A stretch of 64,000 nucleotides of DNA from Camelus ferus (GCF_009834535.1 NC_045697.1:65660001-65724000), one strand, 5' to 3'. Positions 1 through 14,045 are shown, counted from the stretch's first letter. Translations and numbers: made by a program. The notes: generated by a model from the letters alone, not told the origin.

Positions 1-1000
1 AGACTGACAAGGGCTTAATTTCCAGAATATATAAACAGCTCATACAACTTAATAAGAAAAAAAACAAACAATGCAATCCAAAAATGGGCAGAAGAACTAA
101 ACAAGCAATTCTCCAGTGAACACATACAAATGGCCAATTGGCACATGAAAAAATGCTCAATATTGCTAATTATCAGAGAAACGCAAATCAAAACTACAAA
201 GAGGTATCACTTCACACTGGTCAGAAGGGCCATCATTCAAAAGTCCACAGACGATAGAGAGGCTGTGGAGGAAAGGGAACCCTCCTACACTGTCAGTAGG
301 AATGTAGGTTTGTGCAGCCATTGTGGAAAACAGTATGGAGATTCCTCAAAAGGTTAAAAATAGACTTACCATATGATCCAGCAAGTCCTACTCCTGGGCA
401 TATATCCAGAAGGAACCTTAATTAAAAAGACACCTGCACCCCAATATTCATAGCAGCACTATTTAAAATAGCCAAGACATGGAAACAACCTAAATGTCCA
501 CTGGCAGATGACTGGATAAAGAAGTTGTGGCATATTTATATAATGGAATACTACTCAGTCATAAAAAATAATAAAATAATGCCATTTGCAGCAACACAAA
601 TGTCCCTGGAGAATGTCATTCTAAGTGAAGTTAGCCAGAAAGAGGAAGAAAAATACCATATGATATCACTCATATGTGGAATCTAAAAAAAAAAAGAGAA
701 ACAAACTTATTTACAAAACAGACACAGATTCACAGAGATAGCAAATTTATGGTTACCAGGGGGCAGGGGGTGGGAAGGGATAAATTGAGAGATCAAGATT
801 TGCAGATACTGACTGGTATATATAAAATAGGTAAATGAGTTCTTACTGGATAACACAGGGAGCTATATTTGATATCTTGTAGTAGCTTACAGTGAAAAGG
901 AGTATGAAAATGAATATATGTATATTCATGTATGACTAAAGCATTGTGCTGTACACCAGAAGTTGACAGAACATTGTAAACTGACTATACTTCAATAAAA
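1..1000 (+). mobile_element. LINE-1 3' end (ORF2 C-terminus plus 3' UTR), relatively young lineage-type copy
   Basis: ORF 130-357 [10 protein letters not shown]...[14 protein letters not shown] matches the L1 ORF2 C-terminus. 3' UTR ends aaactgactatacttcaataaaa. Confidence 0.93.
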
Positions 1001-2574
1001 TATTTTTAATGTCATATACCAATGTTACCTCAATAAAAAATAAATTTAAAAATTAAAATACAAAAAAAGTTAACATTTAGTCATGAAGACAAAGTAAACA
1101 AGCTTATCATTTCTGAATATACCATGTAGATCTGTACCAAAAATAAAGTTGGCCCAACAGTCCTAGTGTTGAAAATATTTATCACATAGCTTTATTTCTT
1201 AAAAATTGTGTGTGAATTCTAGGAAATAAACTTACAACTTATATGGATTAAAGAGATACAGCAATAGTACTTTTTAAAAAAAAACCCTCATTTCCACAAA
1301 GCAAATCCATCTAGAAGGAAACATCGTCATTAAGTTCTCTGTAGGCTTGTTTTACTTTAGACTTTCAGTGTTTTAGTGCACAGATTAGCTTAAATATTTG
1401 AAGGAATATGTGCTGTGAGGAAAAGCTTTAATTATGTTGGATTATACTAATTTATTTTTATCTATCAGGTTTATTTTGATCAAATTTATCATTATAATAT
1501 GTTTCTTATAGTATTAACAAATATGCTTGAGATGTTACATTTTAACATTGTAAAACTGATATCTATGAAATAAACAAATTAAAATTTGTTTTAAACCAAA
1601 ATAAAATATTACAGTGGTAAATGGATATAAAGGAACCTATCCTACTGAGCTACCTATTCTTTCAGGAATTATTATAAAAAATAGAAAATATTACTAGGCC
1701 AGGTAGTCAAATCCTGGAGAAAGGCGTTTTTAAAAATCTGTATGAATTTAATACTGTTCCATAAAAATTTGTCCAAGTCTAAACGTCCTTGACTTGACTG
1801 CATGACTGAGATTCTTTAAGAGGAAAACAAGCACTCTGGTGCAATCTGCCTAATGGATGTCCTTTTATTTGTTTCCATTGTTTCTTTTTCCTTTCCTCTC
1901 TCTCAAATGCTCCCAACTTGAAAGATTTATTCTATCCTATAGGTTGAGTGGTCTTCTTTAGACAAGAAAGAACTTGGATAGGAAATAAAGTTAGGGTTAC
2001 ACTGAGTGAACTTCCCAGCAATCAACTTAGATACTTGTCAAAAGTAGTGTGATATCTGGCAAGGTAATTGACAGTAACATTGACTTGATTGTCTTAACGT
2101 GTCAACAGCACAGAAAAGCTCAAAATCTGCTTTTTAATAAGTGGATGGTACCCCCAGGCTAAAGAATAATGAGTGTACTCTTTTTGGGTACTCTTTTTGG
2201 GGCATCTTCTCTTTATTTAACCTACTGTTCTGTACTGTATGTATTGGAAATAGACACCACAGGTATCTAGTTTGAAAATACAGCTCTTATAAATCAGTGT
2301 CTCTCTGCATAACAGAGATAAGGTAGCTTTTGCAGAAAGTAAATGGGGGTTGGATAGGGGTTTCTGAAACTGAAACAGTAGATGTCAGGAAAATACAACA
2401 CCACATTACAAACATATGCCACTGTTTCCTTAGTTTATATCTGAACCAATTTGTAACTGCTCACCTGTTGATCTAGATTTTAGCATCTCATGAAAATATT
2501 TAAGTCAAATACATATTCTACTTTATACTTTAGAATGATAAAACAGAACTAAATGCATTTAGAAATAAAACTAT

Positions 2575-2878
2575 TACAGAGAAAGACAAATATCATATGA
2601 TATCACTTATATGTGGAATCTAAAAAAAATGATACAAATCGTATTTACAAACTAAAAATAGACTCATGGCCATAGAAAACAAACTGTAGGGTTACCAAAG
2701 GGGAAAGGACAGGGGAGGGGTAAATTAGGAGTTTGGGATTAACAGATACATATTACTATATATAAAATAGATAAACAACAAGGACTTACTGTATAGCACT
2801 GGGAACTGTATTCAGTTTCTTACAATAACATATGATGGAAAGAATATGAAAAAAACAGATATGTATATGTAAAAAAGA
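2575..2878 (+). mobile_element. LINE-1 3' UTR fragment
   Basis: gagaaagacaaatatcatatgatatcacttatatgtggaatctaaaa is typical L1 3' UTR and similar to 650-930. Confidence 0.85.
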
Positions 2879-3047
2879 ACTTTTAAATGACTTTTGTAAT
2901 AAGGTACATAAGTATGAGAGGAGACACTAATGAATATACAACATATCTAATTACAAACTGCACAAGAAGTACATAATGCAGATCCTTCTATAATGCATGC
3001 AGTCTAAGATTCTGTCTATGGTCTGAGACCTAAAATGCATTATTTAC

Positions 3048-3595
3048 AGTAGCCAACACATGGAAACAGCCTAAATGTCCATCAACAGATGACTAGATAA
3101 AGAAGATGTGGTATATTATACAATGGAATACTATTCAGCCATAAGAACCAACAACGTAATGCCATTTGTAGCAACATGGATGTCCCTGGAGAATGTCATT
3201 CTAAGTGAAGTAAACCAGAAAGAGAAAGAAAAATACTATATGAGATCGTTCATATATGGAATCTAAAAAAAAAAAAACATAAATACAAAACAGAAACAGA
3301 CTCTTATAGACATAGAATACAAACTTGTGGTTGCCAAGTGGGCGGGGGGTGGGAAGGGACAAACTGGGATTTCAAAATGTAGAATAGATAAACAAGATTA
3401 TACTGTATAGCACAGAGAAATATATACAAGATCTTGTGGTAGCTCACAGTGAAAAAAGTAAATGTGACAATGAATATATGTATGTTCATGTATAACTGAA
3501 AAATTGTGCTCTACACTGGAATTTGACACAACATTGTAAAATGACATAACTCAATAAAAAATTTTTTTAAAAATTTAGAAATCAAAATAAATAAA
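3048..3595 (+). mobile_element. 5'-truncated LINE-1 with a perfect 17-bp target-site duplication
   Basis: L1 3' end with A-rich tail; TAAAATGCATTATTTAC at 3031-3047 and 3596-3612. Confidence 0.93.
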
Positions 3596-3849
3596 TAAAA
3601 TGCATTATTTACTTAATTTTGTTCATTATTTTAAGAGTAATATATTTAGTTGTTTTTGAATTTTAAAAAAAAGAAGAAACAAGTAAAAATGAGGAATTAT
3701 AGAACTTTGTATAAATATTTCCTTACAGAGAGATGCTATTTTATGAAGATTCCTTGAAAGTAAAATAACAGCAATGAAAATTTTCATTAAGAAATGAGTC
3801 AATATGCTTCAAAAAAAATCTACCACAGGTAATAAAATTGGATAGAACT

Positions 3850-4070
3850 TACACACACACTTACAGACAAGTACAAGTAAAACTGGAAATCTGAATAAAA
3901 TTGGTACACTTCATCAATATCTATATCTTGGTTGTGAATATTGTGCTATAGTTTTGCAAAATGTCACTATTCAATTGGAGAAAATGGGCAAATAATATAA
4001 GGGACCTATATGTTATTTCTTACAGCTACATGTGAATCTACAATTATTTATAAAAACATTTATTTAAGAA
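3850..4070 (+). mobile_element. Old L1M (L1MC-like) 3' end fragment
   Basis: tgtgctatagttttgcaaaatgtcact...catgtgaatctacaattatt resembles old L1 3' ends. Confidence 0.65.
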
Positions 4071-4129
4071 AATCTACATTTTAATGGATATACACTTAAA
4101 TTTTCAGGTGACAAAATATGGTCAACTGA

Positions 4130-6675
4130 TATTTAATTGAAATCTGGTTGATACACACTTATGTTAGTTTCAGGTGTACTACAGCAATTTGACATTTGCA
4201 TATATTGTGAAATGATCACAATAAGTTAAATAACCATCTGTCCCCATACAAAGTTACAACAGTATTATTGACCATATTCCTTATGCTGTATATCACATCC
4301 CCATGGCTTATTTATTTTATAACTGGAGGTTTGTACCTCTTAACTCCCTTCACCTATTTCCCCAACCTCCATCCTCTTCCCTCTGGCAACTACCATTTGT
4401 TCTCTGAGCCTCTTTTAATTTTGTTTTCTTTGTTTTCTCTTTTAGATTCCACATATAAGTGAGATCATACAGTATTTGCCTCCCTCTGACCTACTTATAA
4501 TACCCTCTAAAGCCATCCATGTTGTCACAAATGGCAGGACTTCATTTTTTATGTCTGAGAAATATTACACTGTATGTACGTGTGTGTCTGTGTTTATGTG
4601 TGTATATATATACACATCTTATTTATCCCTTCATATATCAATAGACACTAATGTTGCTTCCATATCTTGGCTCTTGTAAAATAATGCTGCATTTGGTGAG
4701 TATATATCTTTTTGAATTAGTGCTTTATTTTCTTTGGATAATACCCAAAAGTGAAATTGCTAGATCCTGCAGAAGTTCTATTTTTCATTTTTTTGAGGAA
4801 CCTCCATACTGTTTTCCATAGTAGCTGCACCAGTTTGTAATCCCACCAACAGTGCACAAGGGTTCTTTTTCCTTCACATCCTCACCAACACTTGTTATTT
4901 GTTGTCTTTTTGATGTTAACCATTCTGAAGGGGTGAAGTCATATCTCTTTGTGGTTTCAATTTCCATTTCTCTAATTACTGGCAACGTTGAGTATCTTTT
5001 CAGTGTCTGTTGGCCATCTGTATGTATGTCTTCTTTGGAGAAATGTCTAGTCAGGTCTTCTGCCCATTTTTTAATAGAGTTGTTTGGGTTTTTTGATGTT
5101 GAGTTGCATGAGTTCTTTGTATATAGTTGACCCTTGAACAACACAGCTTTGAACTGTGTAGGTCCACTTATACCAAAAATTTTTTAATAGTTAATACTAC
5201 TGTACTCTGTGGTCCATGGTTGGTTAAATCTGCAGTTGGTTGAATCTGTGGATATAAAACCATGAATACAGATAAATTGCATATATGAAGGGCTGAAAAT
5301 AAGTTACACAGAGATTTTAAACTATATGGAAATGCATTGTTCAAGGGTCAACTGTACTTTGGATATTAACCCCTTATCAGTATATTGTTTGCAAATATTG
5401 TCTCCCATTCAGTAAAGGTTTTTAATTAGATATAATGCCATTTGTTTATTTTTGCTTTAATTTCCCTTGCCTGAGGAGACAGATCCCAAAAAAAATATTG
5501 CTAAGACCAATGTCAAAAAGCATAGTGCCATAAAACTTCTGAGTTTTATTGTTTCAGATCTTACATTTAAGTCTTTAATCCATTTTGAGATATTTTTGTA
5601 TATAGTGTGAGAAAGTATTTTAATTTGATTCTTTTGCATGTAGCTAGTCCAGTTTTCCCACCACCGTATATTGAAGAGGCTCTTTTCCCCATTGTATATT
5701 TTTGCCTTCTTTGTCATAGATTAACTGATTATATAAGTGTGGATTCATTTCTGGGCTTCTCTGTTCTGTTCCCATTGATCTGTCTGTTTTTGTACCAGGA
5801 CCACACTGTTTTGATTACTGTAGGTTTGTAGTATAGCTTAAAATCTGGGCTCGTGATACCTCCAGCTTTATTCTTTTTTCTCAAGATTGTTTTGCTACTG
5901 GGGTCTTTTGTGTTTATGCACAAATTTTAGAACTTTTTTTTCAGTTGTGTGAAAAATACCTTTGGTATTTTGATAGAGATTGCATTGACTGTTGATGGCT
6001 TTAGGCAGAATGGTCATTTTAACAATACTAGTTCATCCAACTCATGAGCGGTATACCTTTCCATTCTTTTGTATCATCTTCACTTTCTTTCATCAATGTC
6101 TTATAGTTTTCAGAGTACAAAGCTTTTACCTCTTGCTTTAGATTTATTCCTAGGTATTTTTTTATGCAATTGTAAATGGGATTTTTTTTCTTAATTTGTT
6201 GTTAGTGTACAGAAATGCAACATATTTCTGTATCCTGCAACTTTACTGCTACTTTACTGAATTCACTTACTAGTTCTAATAGTTTTCAGTAGTGTTTTTA
6301 GGATTTTCTGTGTGTAGTATCATTTAATCAGTAGGTTAGCTTTTACCAGTGAGATTTTTCTTTCCATAATTTTCATATTTCTAGTATCTTTTCTTTTCCA
6401 CTTAAGGAAGTCCCTTAACATTTATTCTATAGCTAGTTTAATGGTGCCAAACTCTCTTAGTTTTTGCTTATCTGTAAACTCTGTCTCTCCTTCAAATATG
6501 AATGATAACCTTGACCTTACCAGCTTGAGTGTTCTTGGTTGTAGACTTTCCTTTCATCACTTTGAATATGTCATTCCATTTCCTTCTGCTGAAAAGTCAG
6601 CTGATGTGTTTATAGGAGTTCTCTTGTATATAACTAGTTGCTCTCTCTTGCTGCTTTTAAGATTTCTCTTTTTAT
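4130..6675 (-). mobile_element. LINE-1 (3' UTR, ORF2 C-terminal half, then an ORF1-like piece after an internal deletion), interrupted by a Tigger MITE
   Basis: ORFs 4785-5144, 5457-5717 and 5729-5923 are L1 ORF2 fragments ([18 protein letters not shown]). 6330-6675 resembles the ORF1 C-terminal region. Confidence 0.9.
5124..5354. mobile_element. Tigger2-type (TcMar) non-autonomous element nested in L1
   Basis: TIRs AGTTGACCCTTGAACAA / TTGTTCAAGGGTCAACTG; TA duplications at 5122-5123 and 5355-5356. Confidence 0.92.
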
Positions 6676-7019
6676 GAGAAATCCTCACATGAAATGTGGA
6701 AGTATATTAATAGCTAATTCATAGAGTTGTTAGGTTTAAATATTTTACTTTTTGTGCATTTATTAAATGCATGTATTTATTAAATAGTTGGGATATTTTT
6801 TCTCATTGATTTACTTAGTCTTAAAACCCAAGCAGAAGACAGAAGATATAACTAATTCACTCAACCACTTGTCCTATTTTAGAGGAATATCCTGGCAAGA
6901 CTCTGTAGACCAGTACAGTTTCCTTGTAATTCATGATGCATTTGAAATAATACATATTCACTGCCTAATTATGGATATTTTTTGTAATGGAATAGAAACA
7001 TTTGTAAAAGAAGGTTTCT

Positions 7020-7506
7020 ATTCAAAACAATGTCAGACAAAGACCTATATGAAGATATTCATAGCAATTTTAATCACAATAGTTCTGTTCTGGAAACAAC
7101 CCAAACACTCATCACTTAGAGAATGGAGAAGCAAATAAAGGACAATACTTCTCAGCAATGAAAAGAAACAAATTGTTTGTACATGCAAAGTACAATATTG
7201 TGGACAAATTCCCAAAGCATTAAACTAAGCCCAGACTGAAAGATTACATACATTGTCTTTCCATTTATAGTATATTCTAGGAAAATTAAAACAATGGTGA
7301 CAAATCAATAGTTGCCAAGGACTAGAGGTGGGAGAAGGGAATTGACTGCAAGAGGGTAAGGAAATTTTTGAAGGTGATGAAGATTTTCCACAGTTTGATT
7401 GTGGTCATGATGACATGACTATATATACTTTCAAAACTAATCAAACTATGCAATTAAAAAGGGGGAATTTTATTTTATATAAATTATATATTAATAAACC
7501 TGACTT
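7020..7506 (+). mobile_element. Old L1M (L1MB/ME-like) 3' end
   Basis: tattcatagcaattttaatcacaatag...tggaaacaacccaaa; ends ttatatattaataaacctgactt. Confidence 0.75.
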
Positions 7507-8639
7507 TGAAAGTTTTACTACTTGCTTTGTTTATACTTTCTATCTCAACTTTCAAGGTTAGGTCATCTGAACCATATTTAAGCAATATCTGCAGAAGTAT
7601 CTTCCCTTCTCTGTGCTGGAAAGCATGGTCTGCAGAGCCGCATTCTCACTGGAGCTTTTCAGAAACACTCTTTCATGCCCTCTCCTTTCCCTGCCCCTGT
7701 AAACCTCTGAATCATGTTCTAACAGGCTCTTTAGTTCATACCAAAGTTTTAAAAGCACTGTTGGCTTACAATAAAATAAAAAACTATGGTCATTATTCCA
7801 GCAATAAATATATACTTATGGTATATTTAAATCTGCTATCTTTATTTCTCCACATTCTTACATACACAATAACTTTTTGGTTAGTACGCTGTTGCATTGT
7901 AGTGTCATTTTATTAATCACCTCTTAGATAACCTAAGTTGAAATTTTAGCCTGTGTTGTGTTGCCAGTGCATTTTATAACACTGGCACAAGGCAATAACA
8001 ACTAAATTTCCAACTTCTCTGCGAAAGGTTTGGGAAAGATGCCTCCTTCTGACCTCAGAGGAAAGCATCATCCACATTTCACAAATATTAAAATGTAAAA
8101 AATAAAATTTGAATTGGTCTTAGAAATATATATCTCTCGTAAAATCCCCTTATCTAGAATAACAGGAAATAATTACTAATTCTGAAGAAAAGGCTAAAGT
8201 GAGACAAGTAGATACTTCAATTAAAAAAAAAAATACATGCACTGTGTTGGGAAAGAAAAGGCATAAATCTAACAGACACTCTTTCGCTCTTTTGGAGCCA
8301 GACTTTCTTCCAACATTGATGTAACTTTTGCTGTGGCTAGCTGAGTGGCCCATTCTTCTCCTCAGAGAATGGAGCCGCAGCCTTCTGGCCAGGGTCATTG
8401 CCACATCCCCAGCATTATTGGTGGTTTTAGAGGCAGTCCACACTAACTCTGTGAACAGTTAAAATATGTCTGGAATTTAAATGTGTAGGCTGTGTATGAA
8501 TTGTTTTCTGGAAATTAGCTTCTACTGTGCTTCATTATACCAACTGACAACAGACTGGCATTCACAGAATGAACTATTCATTTATTAAACCCTTTCTTTA
8601 TGCAGATGTCTTGGAGAATTACAAAGGTATGAGCTGGAG

Positions 8640-8800
8640 AACCAGACTGAGATAGATTTAATCTTTTTCTCTCTGATTTGGGACAATGTACTTAACCTCC
8701 CCCAGGTTCAGTTTCCTCACCTATACAATAGAAATTACAACCATGCAACTATGGTCATTGTGAAAATTAACTGAGATAATGGATTATCTAAGATAGTGCT
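8640..8800 (+). mobile_element. MIR SINE
   Basis: Core acttaacctc...cagtttcctcacctatacaatag...gagataatg. Confidence 0.75.
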
Positions 8801-8923
8801 GATTATTTTTATTGTTATTTAATAAATATAAATTAAGACTCTCATCTGCGTCAGGCACTGCATTCCCGAGGAAGAGAAAGGCGTGCAATTAAATTAAAAC
8901 AGGATCTTGCCCCCTGAGGCATT

Positions 8924-9135
8924 CCATGGTTCTCAAATGGGGATGCAGTTGCCTCTCTAGGAATTTTTAAAACAGTGTTGGGGTGTTATTAGCTATTAAA
9001 AAGACAGGGTGCTGCTGACACTGCATGCCCAGGGATCTTGAAGCTTTGAAAATGCATGGGATAGACCCCAGTCCGAGCAACAATAGCAAAAATTATCTCA
9101 CCCAAAAGGCCAATACCGTTCCTATAGAGAAAGAG
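8924..9135. mobile_element. MER20-like hAT-Charlie element
   Basis: ggttctcaaatgggg start; aaaaattatctcacccaaaaggccaata end. Confidence 0.6.
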
Positions 9136-9302
9136 TCTGGTAGAGGTGGCTGACAAATAAATCAACTAATAAAGTAACAGGAAAACAAATGCTGTAATAA
9201 ATGCAGTAAGAATATCATCATCAATATCGCCATCATTGTAATAAAATGGCAGCTTTTTACAATTTAATCTTTAAAACAAACCATAAGGGAGGGTATCATA
9301 TA

Positions 9303-9430
9303 GCAGTGCTTCTCAAACTGTAATGTGTATAAAAATCAAATGTTGATCTTGTGAAAATGAAGATTCTGATTCAGTAAGTTTGGGGTGGAGCCTTTGGAAC
9401 AAATCAGCAGCAGACCACACTAAATAGCAT
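9303..9430. mobile_element. MER5-like hAT-Charlie element
   Basis: cagtgcttctcaaactgtaatgtg...gattctgattcagtaagtttggggtggagcc. Confidence 0.75.
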
Positions 9431-9442
9431 GTTATATACAAT

Positions 9443-9952
9443 TGTAGTGACACTGATGGTGCTCCACCCAAAGCCCCCAAGACACCTGTTAGCACTGTCG
9501 TGCTTCCCCGCTTTCCCACCCCCACCCCATCCCTCCCCCTACCCAAGATTTACTGTTAACACTTCTACCCACCACTCCACTGGGGAGACGTTCTAAAGCT
9601 ACTTGGAACTGCTTTGCCCAAACCCATATCAAGTTGGAACTACCTGGATGTTTAGATCTCTCTGGAATAAACTTCAGGTAATGACCTATTGATAGGAGAG
9701 CACTAAAAAGCCCCATTTCTTTGCCAAGTCAGGACAGACACCAGGCGTCACATCGTAGATTGAATTCTCTTGCAGAGTTGAGCTTAAACTCCCCTCTTCC
9801 AGAATTTGCCTAAAATCATACCCTTACTTGCCTTTCCCCTGCCTGGTTTCCATTACTGCCTTTGAAGTTTTTCATGCGAATGCTTCTTAATAAATAACTT
9901 GCAGATGGAGTTTCATCTCACTTTCTGCTTCTGGAGAACCCAACCCTAAGAT
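9443..9952 (+). mobile_element. ERVL solo LTR (LTR16-like)
   Basis: Starts TGTAGTG; 3' end ttaataaataacttgca...ctgcttctggagaacccaaccctaaga as in the LTR16 group. Confidence 0.7.
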
Positions 9953-10379
9953 GTCCTCAGTTCCTCACTTTTCCCCTATTCACACATCCTTTTGGCTCCC
10001 CTTCCAAATTATATCCCCATTTGAGTAGCCAAGCTTTCCACTAAACGGAACTTGGACATATTTTTCAGAAATAATGCAGAAAGAGCTGCACCCTTTTTAG
10101 CTCCAACCTGAAATTTTAAAGCTTTAAAGTGAAAAATTCATGAGACTCTTAGAAAGATAGTCATTCAGGCTAGCGAAGTTTAGCCACATTGCATCATCCT
10201 TAATAAAATTTTGCTTTATCATAGTTACTAAGCAGAAAAAGTTTAAGTCAATTTGAAAATAAATATTTTTAAAACTAGTTCTTATTTTATGGGAGCAGTG
10301 ATACATCGTAATGCATAGCTCACTGTGGAAATGTATCAAATGAACAGTAAAAGAAAATTTCAACAAGAGACTTAGAAGG

Positions 10380-10720
10380 GAATGACTCAGTGTGTTACAG
10401 AAGAGATAGATGAGTTTGTGACAATAAGGAGGCAGCAGGCAAAGTTTCAGGGACACAGGTTAAAAACCGTACTCGCCACACCTGTTAGCCTTCTAGATGA
10501 CTGATGAAAGGATAGAAGGTGGTAGACAAATCAGGCTTGACGGCAGAAAAGATTTTGTGATATTTGGGTATTGTAAGATGTTTTAAGCTCATTTTAAATG
10601 ACTTAAACATCACAAAGCAAATGAGAAACCAATGGTTGCAGGTTGGCCTTCCTCTCTGATAAAAAGGCAAGTTACATTGCTTGAAAGATCATCTGACCTG
10701 CACTATTAAATGATGGGTCT
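10380..10720 (-). mobile_element. LINE-2 fragment
   Basis: gaaaccaatgg...ttgaaagatcatctgacctgcac resembles antisense L2. Confidence 0.5.
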
Positions 10721-11662
10721 TCATTTTATTCAGAACGTATTCATGTGTCAAATTTTAGAAAATGGTATAAAGATGTTAGAAAGACAATCTTGAAAATACT
10801 TGACATATATGTTTCATATTTTAAAATGTAAAAACCAGTGAAATTCACATTCTTAAAGAGCTGTAATAATTTAGAAGGCAGATGTGAAGCCGTTCATCTC
10901 ACCTATCAAAGTGATCTGAGGTAAAGTTAGTTGAGACGTATGACTTGGCTCTAGCATTTTCCGTGATATTCTCTCTGAGTTCCATTGTGGGCATTGGGGT
11001 AGGAGTTCATTTTTCAATCATTTTCTTCTCTTTTTAGACACATATATAATTTAATATAATTTTAGAGACCTCATTATATTATCATTTTGTCCTCTCTGCT
11101 ACACTTTTTAAGTGTTACATCTTTCCTATTTGAATACAGAGTTTTCAAATAATAATGAACTTGTCAGCCTTCTGATTGACATATATCTAATGTCATATTT
11201 TAACTGGATCTGAAAAAATGAAGCAACTCTAATAAAGTAAGTATGATAAATATGATAGATAGACTCGTTTTAGTAGAGGAAACCTGGAAATGGAGTTCAT
11301 TTACACATGGCCGAGTTTCCATGGGCTGCATCTCAGGCACATTACCACACCCAGAGTAGCATTTATTCTCATTGATACAGTTCCTTTCCAGATCAGATTT
11401 GGAGAGAGGGATTGGTATATTGGATCCTCAGATGCAACAGCCCATAGCACATGTTTTTATAAACTGGAAGCTTTTACTTATTTTCTCAGAACTGTATCAC
11501 TGTACAAATTTTAAAGACTTGAGAGTTCTAATGCTTAAAATAACTACAAGATACATGAGTATTATATTATTTACCTCTAGAATGTCACCTCCATTAGGAC
11601 CTGGATCTTTGTCAGTTTTGTTCACTGATGCATGTGCCTAGAATTGTCTTTAGCACCTCATA

Positions 11663-11702
11663 GGACACGGAAAGGGACACGGACACACACGGACACACAC
11701 AC

Positions 11703-11734
<32 letters not shown>
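11663..11734. repeat. (CA)n microsatellite with interrupted GGACAC units, following an L2 3' end (~11575-11662)
   Basis: ggacacggacacacacggacacacacacggacacacac... seen directly. Confidence 0.9.
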
Positions 11735-11739
<5 letters not shown>

Positions 11740-13065
11740 AAGTGTGAGTAAATAAATCACATGCTGGCAAATCTGCTGTTCCAAGACAGGAATGTGCTGG
11801 ATTGACTTTGTGTTTTTATTTTTCTTTGTTGCCTATGTGACTTTGCTCATATCTCTGTGTCTTTTATCACCAGGCCCCTATTGCATAAGTCTTTTAAAGT
11901 GCTTTGAGTAAGATTGGAATTTTGAGATGCTTTTTCTTATTCCCTTCTATTTGAAGCAAGAAGAAAGAAAACTAGTGCTGACTGAGTGTCTATTATGTGC
12001 CGGGCACAGTGTTAGACATGCTAACGTTGGTGATGGTATTAAACAGGGCAGACTGGAGCTGGTCTAATGTGACCTGACTGTATCCTCCCTTTATCTTCAT
12101 GACAAAGCTGTCAGCAGTTGGGACAGCTGCAAACAAGATTGCTACAGGGTAGCCGTGAATCTGTTTAAGAATCAAGACTAACTTGATAGATGAGAGGGAC
12201 ATCTGTGGGATTCTTTCTGCCAGATCCTGCTTGGAAAAGCACAGACTTTCCTTAGTATTGCTGCTGCTGGGCTCCTTCATTCTTCAGAAGGAGATCCAGT
12301 TCCCCTTTATGTGATTTCTAAGAACAGGGGTGCTAACTTTTTAGTGTATTTGTAGTATGCTAAATAGGATATTTAGCTCTCCTTCTGAACAAAACATGTT
12401 CCCTTAAGAGCTTTGCAACATTCTTGTGGCCCTAGACCACTGCAGAAGGTTCAAGTTCCATGAGGAGAGAAAGCATTGTGGAAGTAATTCAGGGTTTGGA
12501 GCCAAACACGTATTTGAACTCCAGATCTAGAAGTTGCTAGCTAAACTTATCTGGGCTTTGGTTTATTTATGAAGTAAGGGAATTGTTTTCAGGACTATTG
12601 CAAGGATTAGACGAATCATGGGTAGTTCCTTTGAATATAATACATACTTAATAAAGGGTACTATAATGATTGGAAGCAGATAAGGTTAGGAAATGGTAAT
12701 TGTTATCTTTAGATGTATATCGCCCACTTCACCAAGCATACCAAATGAGGAGGTCTGCAGAGTGGCTTCACTTGATAGCTCCTGCTTAATGCCTACCTTT
12801 CCTTCAAGCTCCAGCTGTGCCATCCCAAACTAATCTCTTCCAGCATCATTTGTCCTTCCTGTAGTGTAAATTACATGCAACAACCTGTCAGAAAGCCTAT
12901 GATAAATATGAATTCTGCTCTTTATTCACCTTATGACCTTGGGCAGTTCAGTTCAAGTTCCTGAGTGTCAATTCCCTTCTTATAAAAATGATTATGGGCT
13001 TGTATTGAGGATTAAATAAAATTAAAAAATGAAAGCAGTTACAAATGTTAAAATGCTTTACAAGT

Positions 13066-14045
13066 TGTCTCAGTTATCCATAGCTGTGTAACAAATCACT
13101 ACAAAAAGTCAATGAGTTAAAACAATAATGATTTATTATTTCTCACAATTCTGAAGTCTGGGCTGGGATCAACTGGGCAGTTCTTCAGCTCAAAGTGGTG
13201 TCTGGGGCTGGCTCCTTCATTCACCTGTCTGGTGCCTTTGCTGATGTAGGACAGCAAAATTTGCCAATCCAAGTGTATCGCTTTGACATGAGGATTAATT
13301 TAGGCTGATTATTTTTGAAAAACAGAAGACTGGGAAAGTCTTTTCTTTAAACCTGCCACTTAGCTACCTAAAGAATTTAGATAAAGGGCCTGTTCTGGAA
13401 TAGAGCTATCACCAAAGATATCTGCAAAGAACATGGACTAGTTGTGGTGGAGGAGAAACCAGAGTCCACTCTCCCATCATCCCTGCAGGGCCCCATAAAT
13501 ACTTGTTTACCAGACAGTTTGCTTTTCAGTCTCTTAGAGATTTCCTTTCTCCCCTTTGACGTCCCAAACCACTATCCCCAAGATCCTCTTTTGTCTTAAA
13601 CTGAAGGTAGTATTTAAAGTGAGGCCATTTTTGTGAGTTACTCAGTCTTCCTGAGTCTCTCCCATTATACATACTATTAAACTTGTGTTTGATTTTCTTC
13701 TGTTACTCTGTCTCATGTCAATTTAATTCTTGGACCAGCCAGAAGAATCTAGATGGGTAGAGGAAAATTTATTCTTCTCCGACACTGACATGGCTGGAAT
13801 AGGTGGGGTCTAACTAGATACCTCTATTACCACATGTCTGCTCTGGCAGGGTAGCCAGACCATCTCACATGGTGGCTCAGGGGTCCAAGTGAGCTTGCTC
13901 CAAGAGGACAAGCCTTAAGCCTCTGCTTGCATCATGCTTGTAAAAGTTCTGCTGGTCACAGGCTAGTCTCACAGTCCCTATGTGAGGTGACTACACAAGT
14001 ATATGAACACAGGGAAGTGTAGGTCATTGAACAGTCTGCACACCA
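13066..14045 (-). mobile_element. MaLR LTR (MLT1-type) split by an ERV1 LTR
   Basis: agctgtgtaacaaatcactac...ttaaaacaataatgatttattatttctcacaattctg; resumes at 13785. Confidence 0.8.
13245..13784 (+). mobile_element. ERV1 solo LTR (MER34-like), 540 bp
   Basis: TG...CA ends; perfect 4-bp TSD CTGA at 13241-13244 and 13785-13788; ATTAAA poly(A)-like signal near 13676. Confidence 0.88.

Noticed and set aside
2175..2200. 13-bp tandem duplication (similar small ones near 30689 and 55093)
   Set aside because: Ordinary slippage events with no functional indication.
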